Shown: positions 39,148 through 49,226 of the stretch, piece by piece
Layout: each line of letters begins with the position of its first letter
Numbering within the stretch: position 1 is the stretch's first letter
NCBI GenBank assembly: GCA_965116925.1
Contig: OZ220744.1
Span: forward strand, 2,528,001 to 2,592,000
Direction of reading: 5' to 3'
DNA from: Candidatus Poribacteria bacterium
Lineage (GTDB): Bacteria; Poribacteria; WGA-4E; PCPOR2b
DNA: 64,000 nucleotides
Translations under genes and position numbers: made by a program
The notes under the pieces: generated by a model
Database searches by the model: none
Told to the model about the DNA's origin: nothing
What the model saw: only the letters and a program-made list of their open reading frames with translations

Positions 39148-40344
39148 TTACGGTAGGTTGAGTTCTACTTCAACCGCTTCGTCGTAATCGACGCCATCGA
39201 CATCGAAGCCGAATAGGTTGCGGAAACTGTGCTGTAGACCGTCGTAGTCGGAGATCTCACGGAAGTTGTCGGTGTTAATCTGACCCCACCGTTCTATAAT
39301 TTCGGCGGTGACATCGGCGCGGAGTTCTCGGTCATCGAGCCGGATGCGGCGTTCAGCGTCGAGCGTTGGGGAGAGGTCGGGACCGAGGTGTTCTGTGAAA
39401 AGCCGTCCCATCTGCGCGATCGGATCCTCGTTGGTCCCTTTGGCGTCCATGATTTGGTTGAGGATACTCATGTATAGCGGGACGACTGGGATCGCCATTG
39501 ATGCTTGTGAGACGATGGCTTTGTTGACGGAGAGGTAGACGTTACCGCCGAGTTTGTCGGAGAGTGTTTGGTCCAGATTGTTGACGCGGGTTTCGAGATC
39601 CTCTTTTGCTTTGCCGATTGTGCCGTCGCGGTAGATTGCCCATGTGAGTTCGGGGCCGATGTAGGAGTATGTTACCACCGTTGCCCCCTGTGCGAGCAGG
39701 TCTTCGGCGAGCAGTGCGTCCGTCCAGAATTCCAGATCTTCGCCTCCCATCACGGCAACGGTGTCCGTGATCTCCTGTTCGCTTGCCGCTTCAAGGGTAA
39801 CATCGGTGACCACCTCTCGGTTCAGGTCGATCGTTTGGCTGGTGTAGGACTGACCGATCGGCTTCAGCACGGAATTATGCTCTGCGCCGGTGCGTGGATG
39901 TATCCGCCGTGGTGCTGCGATGCTGTAAACAACCATGTCAATCTTACCCATGCCCCCTTTGATTCGATCGATTGTCTCTCTCTTGATATCATCGGAGAAG
40001 GCGTCGCCGTTGATGCTTTCGGCGGAGAATCCGTCCTGTGCTGCGAGCTGATGGAAGGCAACGGAGTTATAGTAACCCGCGGTGGCAGTCCGTTTTCCGG
40101 CTGCCGGGCGTTCATAGAAGATCCCTAGCGATTTTGCGCCGTAAGCCCAAGTGAGTGCGATGCGGGATGCGAGTCCGTATCCGGTCGATGCACCGACCAC
40201 GAGAACGTTGAGGTCTGTTTGTTTGGTCCCGGTGTTTGATTTGATGTAATTTACTTGGTTTTGGATATTTTGACGGCACCCAGCTGGGTGGGCGTTTGTG
40301 CAGATGAAACCTCGGATCCGAGATTTGATGACTTCAACTGACAT
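39148..40344 (-). CDS. fabV: Trans-2-enoyl-ACP/CoA reductase FabV
   Basis: RGFIC..AHP.GC, GASTGYGLASR, INGDAFS, YSYIG, Y..GTIGKAK. Confidence 0.93.
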   Translation of the reverse strand: MSVEVIKSRIRGFICTNAHPAGCRQNIQNQVNYIKSNTGTKQTDLNVLVVGASTGYGLASRIALTWAYGAKSLGIFYERPAAGKRTATAGYYNSVAFHQLAAQDGFSAESINGDAFSDDIKRETIDRIKGGMGKIDMVVYSIAAPRRIHPRTGAEHNSVLKPIGQSYTSQTIDLNREVVTDVTLEAASEQEITDTVAVMGGEDLEFWTDALLAEDLLAQGATVVTYSYIGPELTWAIYRDGTIGKAKEDLETRVNNLDQTLSDKLGGNVYLSVNKAIVSQASMAIPVVPLYMSILNQIMDAKGTNEDPIAQMGRLFTEHLGPDLSPTLDAERRIRLDDRELRADVTAEIIERWGQINTDNFREISDYDGLQHSFRNLFGFDVDGVDYDEAVEVELNLP

Positions 40345-40649
40345 GGGTTCCTTCCTTTATTGGTTCATTAGTTTATTACTCCAGTTTTCGCCTCCCTTCA
40401 ACCGCAGAGACACAGAGAACGCCGAGCAAAGCGGAAATCATTAAAGAAATTCTATAGACATATCATTCCTCCGGCGCACTAAAATCGCAAAAAGTGTTAG
40501 ATTTTGTTAGGTTTTGCCAAAAAAGGGCGGGGCAACCCCGCCCCTACGATATGTTAGGAACGCAGATCTGCGTTCCCTACCACCCGCTTACCTCGAAACG
40601 TCAGAAACCGAGTTTTCAAGAAAAAACTCGGTTTCTCCTGCTCGCGCCA

Positions 40650-41108
40650 CTATTCGATTTCGATGACCAATTCGACTTCGACGGGGATGCTGCCGGGCAG
40701 CTGTACCATCCCGACCGCGGACCGGGCGTGCCTGCCGCTATCGCCGAACACTTCCACCAACAGGTCTGATACGCCGTTGACTACGGACGGTTGCTCGGTG
40801 AAGCTTGGGGCGGAATTGACGAAGCCGACGACTTTCACGACGCGCTTGACCCGATCGAGAGAGCCGAGCGCGTTTTGGAGCGTGGCAAGGAGGCATAAGC
40901 CGACCTGCCGTGCGGATGCATACCCTTCCTCGATTGTCAAATCTGACCCCACCTGCCCTTTATATAGAGGACCTTCGCCCCTGCCGGGTCCGTGACCTGA
41001 TGTAAATATCAGGTTTCCTGTCTGGACGGTTGTTACATAATTCCCTATCGGTGTTGCTGCTGCTGGCAGTTCAATGCCGAGTTCTTCGAGTCGTTTCTCT
41101 GCTGACAT
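40650..41108 (-). CDS. RidA/YjgF-family protein
   Basis: GNYV, SGHG, V.NG.SDLL.EVFG..GRHARSAVG, VEVE. Confidence 0.9.
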   Translation of the reverse strand: MSAEKRLEELGIELPAAATPIGNYVTTVQTGNLIFTSGHGPGRGEGPLYKGQVGSDLTIEEGYASARQVGLCLLATLQNALGSLDRVKRVVKVVGFVNSAPSFTEQPSVVNGVSDLLVEVFGDSGRHARSAVGMVQLPGSIPVEVELVIEIE

Positions 41109-41931
41109 AACGGATGTTTCCTCCTGAAAATTAAGTCACTCATGTTAAGAAATGGTGCAACAGAAACTTCGTAGGGGTTGGGTCCCCCGACCCGCACTGG
41201 TAAGTAAGGGCGGGGAGACCCCGCCCCTACGATTTATTTTCTTGCTTTGCACCTTCTTTTTACGTGAGCCAATTAGGTTAGATGTAATGCTAGTAATGGA
41301 GTATAGCATAGTCCGGTGAGTCAGTCAATGAAACAATTTCTTTTCGCTTGTTCATTGTGGGGTTGTGTGCTAAAATGCGGGCGGAATGAAACGTGATGTG
41401 TGAAAAGAAACTTGTCTGAATCGCGGATTAAGAGGATTACGCAGATTGCACGGATTAAAAACCGATGAACTTCCCGGATTCAAAGCCCCAGCGGGACGAC
41501 ATGTTTATAGCATTTATGGTAGATTTTAGAATTAATTAGATATTGCCAATCGGCGAGGTTAGGAAACATCGACTACCGGGGATAAAAAATCCGGGCTATG
41601 ACCCCGGTAGGTGCGGTTTCCAACCGCACCGCATCGGCGCAGTTGAAAACAGCGCCTACCAAACACCGGGAGCGAATCCGTTTCATCTGACTTTCGCTCC
41701 AGCGGAGCGATATATCTATAGAATGTTGATTATCCAACGACCGCGCTCCAGCGGAGCGCAATGTGTATAGCACGTGCAACAATCCGAACTAAAGCCCCAG
41801 CGGGGCGACATGTGTGATACAGGTAGGAAACGTGATGTGTCAACGATATTGATTCAGGGTGTTGGGTTTCACTGTTCCCGTTCAACCCAACCTACGGCAC
41901 ACGGAGTGTGCCTATTACTTTAAGGTGTTTT

Positions 41932-44900
41932 GTGGCAAGCCTCAATCTTAGACCGACACACAAAATTGTTAGAGACTACTACAGCGAGTTGGATCAGTTT
42001 GATCGGCTCGGTGCTAGGCATGAAGGGGCGGTGCGATCGGCGTTCCAATCGCTGCTCCAAAAATGTGCTGGACAATTTGATTGGACACTCGTCCCTGAAC
42101 ACTCAATGACCGGGTCCGAAAACAGGCGGATCGTCGTTGACGGTGCGTTGATGGACAATTTCCGGTTGACGCACGGCTATTGGGAGGCGAAGGATGAGGA
42201 TGATGACTTATCGTCCGAGGTGGCGCGCAAATTTGCGGCGGGTTATCCCCAAGACAACATCCTGTTCCAGACTCCACACCGCGCTATCCTGTGCCAGAAC
42301 AATCAGCAGATGCCTGAGGCAGATCTGACCGACCCGACGGAACTGATAGGGACGCTTGAAACCTTCTTTTCCCACCGTCCGCCGGAGTATACGGAGTGGG
42401 AGGAGGCTGTCGCACAGTTCAGGGAAAGGGTGCCCGCGCTTGGACAGGGTTTAGCGGAACGGATCCATGGTGAACGGGAGACAAACCAAGCATTTATCTC
42501 CGCTTTTGCCGATTTCCATGAGAAGTGTCGTCAGTCGATTAACCCGAACCTCTCGGAAGCCGCCGTTGAGGAGATGCTGATCCAGCACCTGTTGACCGAG
42601 CAGATCTTTCACACGGTTTTCTATAACCAAGACTTTACCCGCCGCAATGTGATTGCCAATGAGATTGAGAAGGTGATAGACGCGCTCACAAGCCAGTCGT
42701 TCAGTCGTCACGATTTTTTGGGGGACCTTAATCCGTTCTATACAGCAATTGAACGCACCGCTGCAACTATCGAGGACTTCTCGCAGAAGCAGGGGTTTCT
42801 CAACACGGTTTACGAGCAGTTTTTTCAAGGCTTTTCGGTGAAGGTTGCGGACACCCACGGGATTGTCTACACGCCGCAACCGATTGTCGATTTTATGGTG
42901 AGGAGCGTTGAGGAGATCCTAAAGACCGAATTTAATCGATCGCTCTCCGATTCCGGCGTTCATATCATCGACCCGTTTGTAGGAACGGGCAATTTCATTG
43001 TGCGGACGATGCGCGAGATTCGTAGGACATCGCTAGCGGAAAAGTACACGACAGAGTTGCATTGCAACGAGGTGATGCTGCTGCCCTATTACATTGCGTC
43101 GATGAACATCGAACATGAATTTTACGAGGCGACGGGTAGGTATCAGTCTTTTGAGGGAATCTGCCTTGTGGATACATTTGAATTGGCAGAGGACACCGCC
43201 TACTATGCCTCCTCCCTATTTACAGAAGAAAACACGCGCCGCGTTGAGGAACAAAAAAAAGCCCCAATGTTTGTGATTATCGGCAATCCACCGTATAACG
43301 TCGGTCAGGTCAATGAGAACGACAACAACAAAAACCGGAAGTACCCAACAATGGATGCGGGGGTTGCAGGGACCTATGTAAAAGACTCGATAGCGACACT
43401 CAAAACTCAACTCTACGACCCTTATATAAAGGCGATTCGGTGGGCGTCGGATCGAATTGGGGAGGAGGGGGTTGTTGCTTTTGTAACAAACAACAGTTTT
43501 CTCGACGGTGTGGCGTTTGATGGGATGCGGAAACACCTCGCAGGCGATTTCGATGCAATTTATATTTTGGATTTGGGCGGGAATGCCCGAAAAGAACTGA
43601 AAGTTTCGGATGCCAATGTGTTTGGAATACGAGTCGGTGTGAGCATCAATCTATTTGTGAAGGCCGGACGGGAGATGAGTGGAACGGTTACAAACGGAGA
43701 AGATTCTGTCTCTGCCCGTATCTTTTACTATCGTACCGATGACCTATGGAACAAAAAACAGAAATTCGATTTTCTGAATGCACGTGGACACATTGGCAAT
43801 ATAGACTGGCAAACCATTCAACCCGATATACGCTATACATGGTTGACGGGAGGGATTCGCGCTGACTTTGAGAACTTTGTCCCGATGGGAACTAAAGAAG
43901 CAAAGGCAGCAAAGGGTGAGGCGATAGATGTGATTTTTAAGATTTATAGCGGTGGTGTCAAAACCAATCGTGATGCGTGGGCATACAACTTCAACCCAGA
44001 TGCCTTGGCTGAGAACATAAGTGGGATGATTAATATCTACAATGAACAGATCTTCAAGTGGGAACATAGGATGGATAGGGCTGCAAACATTGATGATTTT
44101 GTGGTGTCTAATGAGGTGAAAATCAAGTGGAGTTCAGGCTTAAAGGGGAAGTTAAAAAGCGGTCAGTCCACAGAATTTGCAAGCGCAAAAATCCGACAAA
44201 CTCTTTATCGTCCTTTTACGGAATCGCCTCTTTACTTTGACCGAATGATAAATGATAGGGTACTTCTGTTTCCTTCCATTTTTCCTACGCCTGAGACTGA
44301 AACAGAAAATCGGGTGATTTGTGTTGCTGGGGTTGGCGATAGAAAAGGTTTTGGTTGTCTTACAACAAATAGGATTCCTGCCTTTGATTTAGCTTTTGAA
44401 AAAGCCCAATGTTTTCCTTTCTACACCTATGACGAGGACGGAAGCAACCGCCAGGAGAACGTCACTGATTGGGTGTTAGGACAATTCCGAACGCATTACG
44501 GGGACGACTCCATCGGTAAGTGGGATATCTTCCATTATGTCTACGGTCTGCTCCATCACCCGATATATCGAGAGCGGTATCAGGCGAACCTCAAACGGGA
44601 TCTGCCGCATCTGCCATACACACCAGATTTCTGGGCGTTTGCCAAAGCGGGGAAACGGTTGGGAGAGATGCACGTCGGTTATGAGGATGTGGACGCATAT
44701 CCGCTGCGTTTTGTCGAGACACCGGATACACCGCTCGATTGGCGCGTGAAGAAGATGCGGTTGTCAAAGGACAAGACGGGGGTAAAATACAACGATTTCC
44801 TGACGCTCGACGGGATACCGGCGAAGGTGTTTGATTATCGGCTTGGGAATCGGTCGGCGTTGGAGTGGGTGATAGATCAGTATCGCGTCAAGACGGACAA

Positions 44901-45039
44901 GCGAAGCGGCATCGTCAATGACCCGAATCGTGCGGATGATGAGGAGTATATTGTCCGGTTGGTTGGGAAGGTGATTGCGGTTAGTTTGGAGACGGTTGAG
45001 ATTGTGGAGGGGTTGCCGGAGTTGGGGATTGCGGATTAA
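41932..45039 (+). CDS. Single-polypeptide restriction-modification enzyme (type ISP-like m6A MTase-TRD, N-terminal PD-(D/E)xK-like domain, no helicase)
   Basis: VDG...WEAKD; GIVYTP; DPFVGTG (motif I); GNPPY (motif IV); GVKTNRD, YRPF, DIFHYVYGLLH, RSALEWVIDQY. GTG at 41932 is preferred because 41908 lies within a REP. Confidence 0.88.
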   Translation: MASLNLRPTHKIVRDYYSELDQFDRLGARHEGAVRSAFQSLLQKCAGQFDWTLVPEHSMTGSENRRIVVDGALMDNFRLTHGYWEAKDEDDDLSSEVARKFAAGYPQDNILFQTPHRAILCQNNQQMPEADLTDPTELIGTLETFFSHRPPEYTEWEEAVAQFRERVPALGQGLAERIHGERETNQAFISAFADFHEKCRQSINPNLSEAAVEEMLIQHLLTEQIFHTVFYNQDFTRRNVIANEIEKVIDALTSQSFSRHDFLGDLNPFYTAIERTAATIEDFSQKQGFLNTVYEQFFQGFSVKVADTHGIVYTPQPIVDFMVRSVEEILKTEFNRSLSDSGVHIIDPFVGTGNFIVRTMREIRRTSLAEKYTTELHCNEVMLLPYYIASMNIEHEFYEATGRYQSFEGICLVDTFELAEDTAYYASSLFTEENTRRVEEQKKAPMFVIIGNPPYNVGQVNENDNNKNRKYPTMDAGVAGTYVKDSIATLKTQLYDPYIKAIRWASDRIGEEGVVAFVTNNSFLDGVAFDGMRKHLAGDFDAIYILDLGGNARKELKVSDANVFGIRVGVSINLFVKAGREMSGTVTNGEDSVSARIFYYRTDDLWNKKQKFDFLNARGHIGNIDWQTIQPDIRYTWLTGGIRADFENFVPMGTKEAKAAKGEAIDVIFKIYSGGVKTNRDAWAYNFNPDALAENISGMINIYNEQIFKWEHRMDRAANIDDFVVSNEVKIKWSSGLKGKLKSGQSTEFASAKIRQTLYRPFTESPLYFDRMINDRVLLFPSIFPTPETETENRVICVAGVGDRKGFGCLTTNRIPAFDLAFEKAQCFPFYTYDEDGSNRQENVTDWVLGQFRTHYGDDSIGKWDIFHYVYGLLHHPIYRERYQANLKRDLPHLPYTPDFWAFAKAGKRLGEMHVGYEDVDAYPLRFVETPDTPLDWRVKKMRLSKDKTGVKYNDFLTLDGIPAKVFDYRLGNRSALEWVIDQYRVKTDKRSGIVNDPNRADDEEYIVRLVGKVIAVSLETVEIVEGLPELGIAD

Positions 45040-45315
45040 ACGTGAAACGTAAAGAGTTCATTGGTTCATTTCGCTCCAGCGGAGCGATATGTCTATAGAA
45101 AGGCGATAGGTCCAATCCCCGCGCTCCAGCGGAGCGCAATGTGTATAGCAGAACCTATCCAGCCGAAATCTAAAGCCCCAGAGGGGCGACATGTGCGATG
45201 GAAGTGAAACGTGATGCGTAAAACGTAATTGGTTCATCGGTTCATTTATCGTTGCAAATGATTTGCTTATGCCACAATCTAACGCATCCAATCTTTAATC
45301 GAGGAGGCTTTTGAT

Positions 45316-45513
45316 ATGAAATTCACCGCAGTTTACAAAAAAGTCCCAGAGGGGTACATCGGATTTGTCCAAGAATTGTCCGGTGCTAACACGCAAGGCA
45401 AGACGTTTGAAGAAACCAGAGCCAATCTCCAAGAAGCGATTGAGATGATACTTGAGGCAAATCGTATCCTTGCTGAGGAATCTATGTTGCAAAGGTGTTC
45501 GCAGTTAGTTTGA
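45316..45513 (+). CDS. Short HicB-family antitoxin-like protein (no hicA seen)
   Basis: GYIGFVQEL.GANTQGKT.EE.RANL.EAI; GAGGAGG RBS. Confidence 0.8.
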   Translation: MKFTAVYKKVPEGYIGFVQELSGANTQGKTFEETRANLQEAIEMILEANRILAEESMLQRCSQLV

Positions 45514-45577
45514 GGAAGGGGGAAATTATGAAAGAGTTGCCGGTGTTGGGCATTGAAATACATCTAAGGAGGAATTT

Positions 45578-46480
45578 ATGGAATTCATAAAACATCTATA
45601 TTCATACGTCGATAGCCCACTAGAGTTTTCCGCTCTGATGACAGGGATTGCGACTGTTGTGCTTGCAATCATTACATGGAGGTACGTTCGTCTGACAAAG
45701 CACATACTAGAGGAATACCGGCTGATGCGTTTGGAGGCCAACAAACCCGAAATTATGGTCTCCCTACTTCCCCACGAAACACACATTGCTTGGGTGATGC
45801 TCTGTGTAGAAAACATAGGTACGGGGCTAGCCCGTCATCTAAAATTTACGGCAGATCCTTCCTCCATATCAAGTTTTGACAGGCCACTTGAAGAAATTGG
45901 TTTCCTCAAGCGGGAAATTGAGGTTTTGGCACCTGGGCGCAAGATGCAGTCCTTTTTGGTTAGTGCAGTAGGCAAGTTTGATGAACTGAAACAACAACCG
46001 CTTAAAATTGCTGTCACTTATAAGGATTCGGAGGATGGTGAATACGCAGAAACATTTCCTCTTGATTTTAGCGAGCTTGAAGGTTTATCGCATGAGGGGT
46101 CACCGCTCTTTGAGATAGCCAAAGCTATTCAAGATGTGAAGAAGGTTTTACTCGACCTTACTAATGGCGTTAGTAAACCCACAATTCTTACAGAACCACT
46201 ATCTAAGCATCTTATAAGGGAGCATGCTAGTATCTTGGAGAAAAGACTGGCTCATCTCCCTGACGAGGCTCAACAAGAAATTGTACAAGAAGTAGTAAAC
46301 CTTATCACAAGGAAAGAACGGGAAGTTCCGACGGAAGAGCAGAATAAAAAGACGATAACGGAGTATCTCGGCGCTGAAATCCGAGGGCGAAATAACATAG
46401 AAAAAGAATTCGCTATTGCTGATAAAACGACTAGATCTGCAGAAGCTGATTCAACCGATGGTCCTGACTCCTCAGAATAA
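45578..46480 (+). CDS. Hypothetical protein with N-terminal TM helix and beta-rich domain
   Basis: 300-aa ORF after AAGGAGG; ALMTGIATVVLAIITW TM segment; ENIGTG.A motif; visibly AT-richer. Confidence 0.75.
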   Translation: MEFIKHLYSYVDSPLEFSALMTGIATVVLAIITWRYVRLTKHILEEYRLMRLEANKPEIMVSLLPHETHIAWVMLCVENIGTGLARHLKFTADPSSISSFDRPLEEIGFLKREIEVLAPGRKMQSFLVSAVGKFDELKQQPLKIAVTYKDSEDGEYAETFPLDFSELEGLSHEGSPLFEIAKAIQDVKKVLLDLTNGVSKPTILTEPLSKHLIREHASILEKRLAHLPDEAQQEIVQEVVNLITRKEREVPTEEQNKKTITEYLGAEIRGRNNIEKEFAIADKTTRSAEADSTDGPDSSE

Positions 46481-46497
46481 TGCGATGAGATAGGAGA

Positions 46498-46692
46498 GTC
46501 ACCGCAGTTTACAAAAAAGTCCCGGAGGGATACATCGGATTTGTCCAAGAATTGCCCGGTGCCAACACGCAAGGCAAAACGCTTGAAGAAACCAGAGCCA
46601 ATCTCCAAGAAGCGATCGAGATGACGCTTGAGGCGGCGAATCGTATCCTTGCCGAAGAATTTATTTTGCAAAAATGCTCGCAGTCAGTTTGA
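46498..46692 (+). pseudogene. Second hicB copy lacking a start codon
   Basis: Highly similar to 45323-45513; in-frame upstream codons are TGA GAT AGG AGA. Confidence 0.75.
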
Positions 46693-46766
46693 AAAAGGCG
46701 GAGATTGTGGAGGGGCTGCCGGAGTTGGAAGTTTTTGACCAGTGAATCAAAAGGAGTTATCAGTAG

Positions 46767-47627
46767 ATGAGCTACGATGCAAGAGTTTTTAATGTTATGA
46801 TCGCTTCTCCTAGTGATGTTGCATCTGAAAGATCGATTGTCAGAGAGGTGCTCTATGATTGGAATGCTGTTCATTCGGAAAGAGAAAATATCGTATTGCT
46901 TCCCGTTGGGTGGGAATCGCATTCGTCTCCAGAAATGGGAGCAAGACCACAAGAAATCATAAATAAGCAAACTGTGGATAAATGCGATCTTTTGGTGGGG
47001 ATATTTGGAACTCGATTAGGAACGGACACTGGCAAGTACCCTAGTGGCACTATCGAAGAGATTGAAGATCACATTAAATCTGGAAAACCAGCGATGGTCT
47101 ATTTCTCAAATCAACTTGGTGATTCAGGTGACTTTGAGGCGGAGCAATATACCGAGCTTATGAAGTGGAAGGAGTATTATCGAAGTCGCGGGTTATGTGA
47201 GAGTTACGATAGCGATGTAGACTTTAAGGACAAATTTTCTCGCCAACTACAAATTAAAGTGAACCAGCATGAGATGTTCCAATTTCGCGGAGAAGAAATT
47301 AATGCCAGTTTTGAGATAGAGGAATTGGACAAGAATATCCCTCAATTAAGTGATATAGCGCAAATTATTCTAAAAGAGGTCAGTCAATCTAGTCAAGGGC
47401 ATATTTATGTTGACTGGGATCTAGCTTTGATGAGGGTCATAAATGACGGAGCCAATCGGAAGGACCTCATCCCTGACGACAATCCTAGAGTGATAGCACA
47501 ATGGAGAGCTGCGCTGAAAGAGTTAAAGGCTGCTGAACTGTTAGAAGATGAAGGTAACGCGGGACAAGTATTTCTGATTACCTCCCACGGGTATGATATC
47601 GCGGATATGATCGAAGTGGCAACCTAA
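46767..47627 (+). CDS. DUF4062-like (TIR-like fold) protein
   Basis: VMIASPSDV..ER, PQEIIN, CDLLVGIF.TRLGT, SGTIEEIE; AAGGAG RBS. Confidence 0.8.
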   Translation: MSYDARVFNVMIASPSDVASERSIVREVLYDWNAVHSERENIVLLPVGWESHSSPEMGARPQEIINKQTVDKCDLLVGIFGTRLGTDTGKYPSGTIEEIEDHIKSGKPAMVYFSNQLGDSGDFEAEQYTELMKWKEYYRSRGLCESYDSDVDFKDKFSRQLQIKVNQHEMFQFRGEEINASFEIEELDKNIPQLSDIAQIILKEVSQSSQGHIYVDWDLALMRVINDGANRKDLIPDDNPRVIAQWRAALKELKAAELLEDEGNAGQVFLITSHGYDIADMIEVAT

Positions 47628-48187
47628 TAAGCGCATATATGCAGATGCCAATTTAGCTGTGCTGCATTGTTATATATCTAACCCGAGTTGCCACATGTCG
47701 CCCCTCTGGGGTTTAGGTGTGTGGGGATTCGGCGTTTCTATAAACATGCCGCCCCGCTGGGGCTATATTGGTTCGTTTGTGTTGGGTTGTGCTTTACCCA
47801 ACCTACGCCTTGTTGCCATTGGTAGGGGTGAGGTTTCCTCGCCCGATGGGTTGGGTGACCCAACTCCTACGGGTTCTGGTTGTGAGGTGTCGGCGGTTTT
47901 TAATCCGCGTAATCTGTGTAATCCTCTTAATCCGCGATTCAGACAATTATCGCCCCGCTGGGGCTATGTTGGTTCGTTGTTTCAGGTGTACTAACCTTTG
48001 GTGCTATTTTAGAGGTTATAGTGAATCTTAGAATTAATGAGACACTGCAAATCGGTGCGTTTTCTAACCGCACCGCATCGGCGCAGTTGGAAACAGCGCC
48101 TACCGGGTTGGATTGAATGCGAAACACTCCAAAATCGTAGGTGCGATTAACCTGACCGATAAACTCTTATCCAAATGGAGGATTTTC

Positions 48188-49084
48188 ATGAACATCACGC
48201 TGAGAAAACTCAGTTTTCTATTATGCTTTTTATGCTTCGCGGGGAACGCCCTCGCTCAATCCCATGTTACGTCTGCCAATGATCTTTATACCTTTGAAAC
48301 GATAGCCGTTGAAGGCGTCGATTATCTGGCAGTGGGCGCGAGCAGTGATTTTGAGGATTATGCGGGCAATACGCCAAGCCCTGATGGTGAGCGAATGATT
48401 GGTTTTACGCTCATTGATGGGGTCTTTAAGACTTACGATTTCCCCGGTGCCAAGAACGTCTATTTCTACGCACTCGGCAATAATGGAGTTGCCGGCGGAT
48501 ACTATGAGGATAGCGATGGGCTTCATCATGGCCTCATTGTGGAAAATGGGGAGATGAGACGATACGACTTTCCCGGTGCAGTCGAAACATTCATTTTCGG
48601 TTATAGCGATTCAAAAGGGATATTCACTGGCAGTTTTATTGATGAGTCTGGATTGAGGAAAGGCTTTTCTGGCGATATTGTCATTGAGTTTCCCAAAGCG
48701 AGAGCAACTTACGCTGATTTTATGAATGCTGAGGGGCGTATCGTGGGCAGTTTTATTGATGAGAACGGACTTTATCGCTCTTATTATCGCAGTCCTGACG
48801 GGAGGCTTGCGATACTTGAGTATTTCAAACCTGAGACGCTCGAATACTTTTTCGTGCATGGCATAACCGATTCATCTAGCCTGATGGTGCTGTGTCGTGC
48901 CAAAAAGGTGGGCGATGTCCCTCGAACCTATATCGGTTCATTCATACGCGGTCTGAAAGAGATAAACTTCCCCGGCAGTGTCTCAACTGAAGGCTGGAAT
49001 ATCAACCAAGATAATTCAGTCGTCGGACATTATGATACCGGGGACGGACGCAGGCATGGATTTATAGCAAAGCGAATTCGGTAA
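48188..49084 (+). CDS. Secreted beta-propeller-like repeat protein
   Basis: Signal peptide; repeated (Y)DFPGA and G.[YF].D..G..HG units. Confidence 0.7.
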   Translation: MNITLRKLSFLLCFLCFAGNALAQSHVTSANDLYTFETIAVEGVDYLAVGASSDFEDYAGNTPSPDGERMIGFTLIDGVFKTYDFPGAKNVYFYALGNNGVAGGYYEDSDGLHHGLIVENGEMRRYDFPGAVETFIFGYSDSKGIFTGSFIDESGLRKGFSGDIVIEFPKARATYADFMNAEGRIVGSFIDENGLYRSYYRSPDGRLAILEYFKPETLEYFFVHGITDSSSLMVLCRAKKVGDVPRTYIGSFIRGLKEINFPGSVSTEGWNINQDNSVVGHYDTGDGRRHGFIAKRIR

Positions 49085-49226
49085 GTCTGAAATAATATAA
49101 CGGGTATGTTGGTTCATTTTTGTTGGGTTTCACAGGTTGCGTTCAACCCAACCTACGATGCTATGGGAGTGCGAAGAAGAAACCGAGTTTTGAAGAAAAA
49201 ACTCGGTTTCAAGTGGAAGGGGATTT

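Noticed and set aside
41908..41931. ORF-track start of the RM gene
   Set aside because: It lies within a REP; GTG at 41932 with an AAGGTG RBS is more plausible.
45040..47700. Classical integron
   Set aside because: No tyrosine recombinase and no recognisable attC structure; the repeats derive from coding sequence.
47659..48127. Short ORFs in repeat mosaics (also 22269, 31341, 36031, 40494, 41543, 50966-51738)
   Set aside because: They are translations of non-coding repeat modules with no protein-like features.
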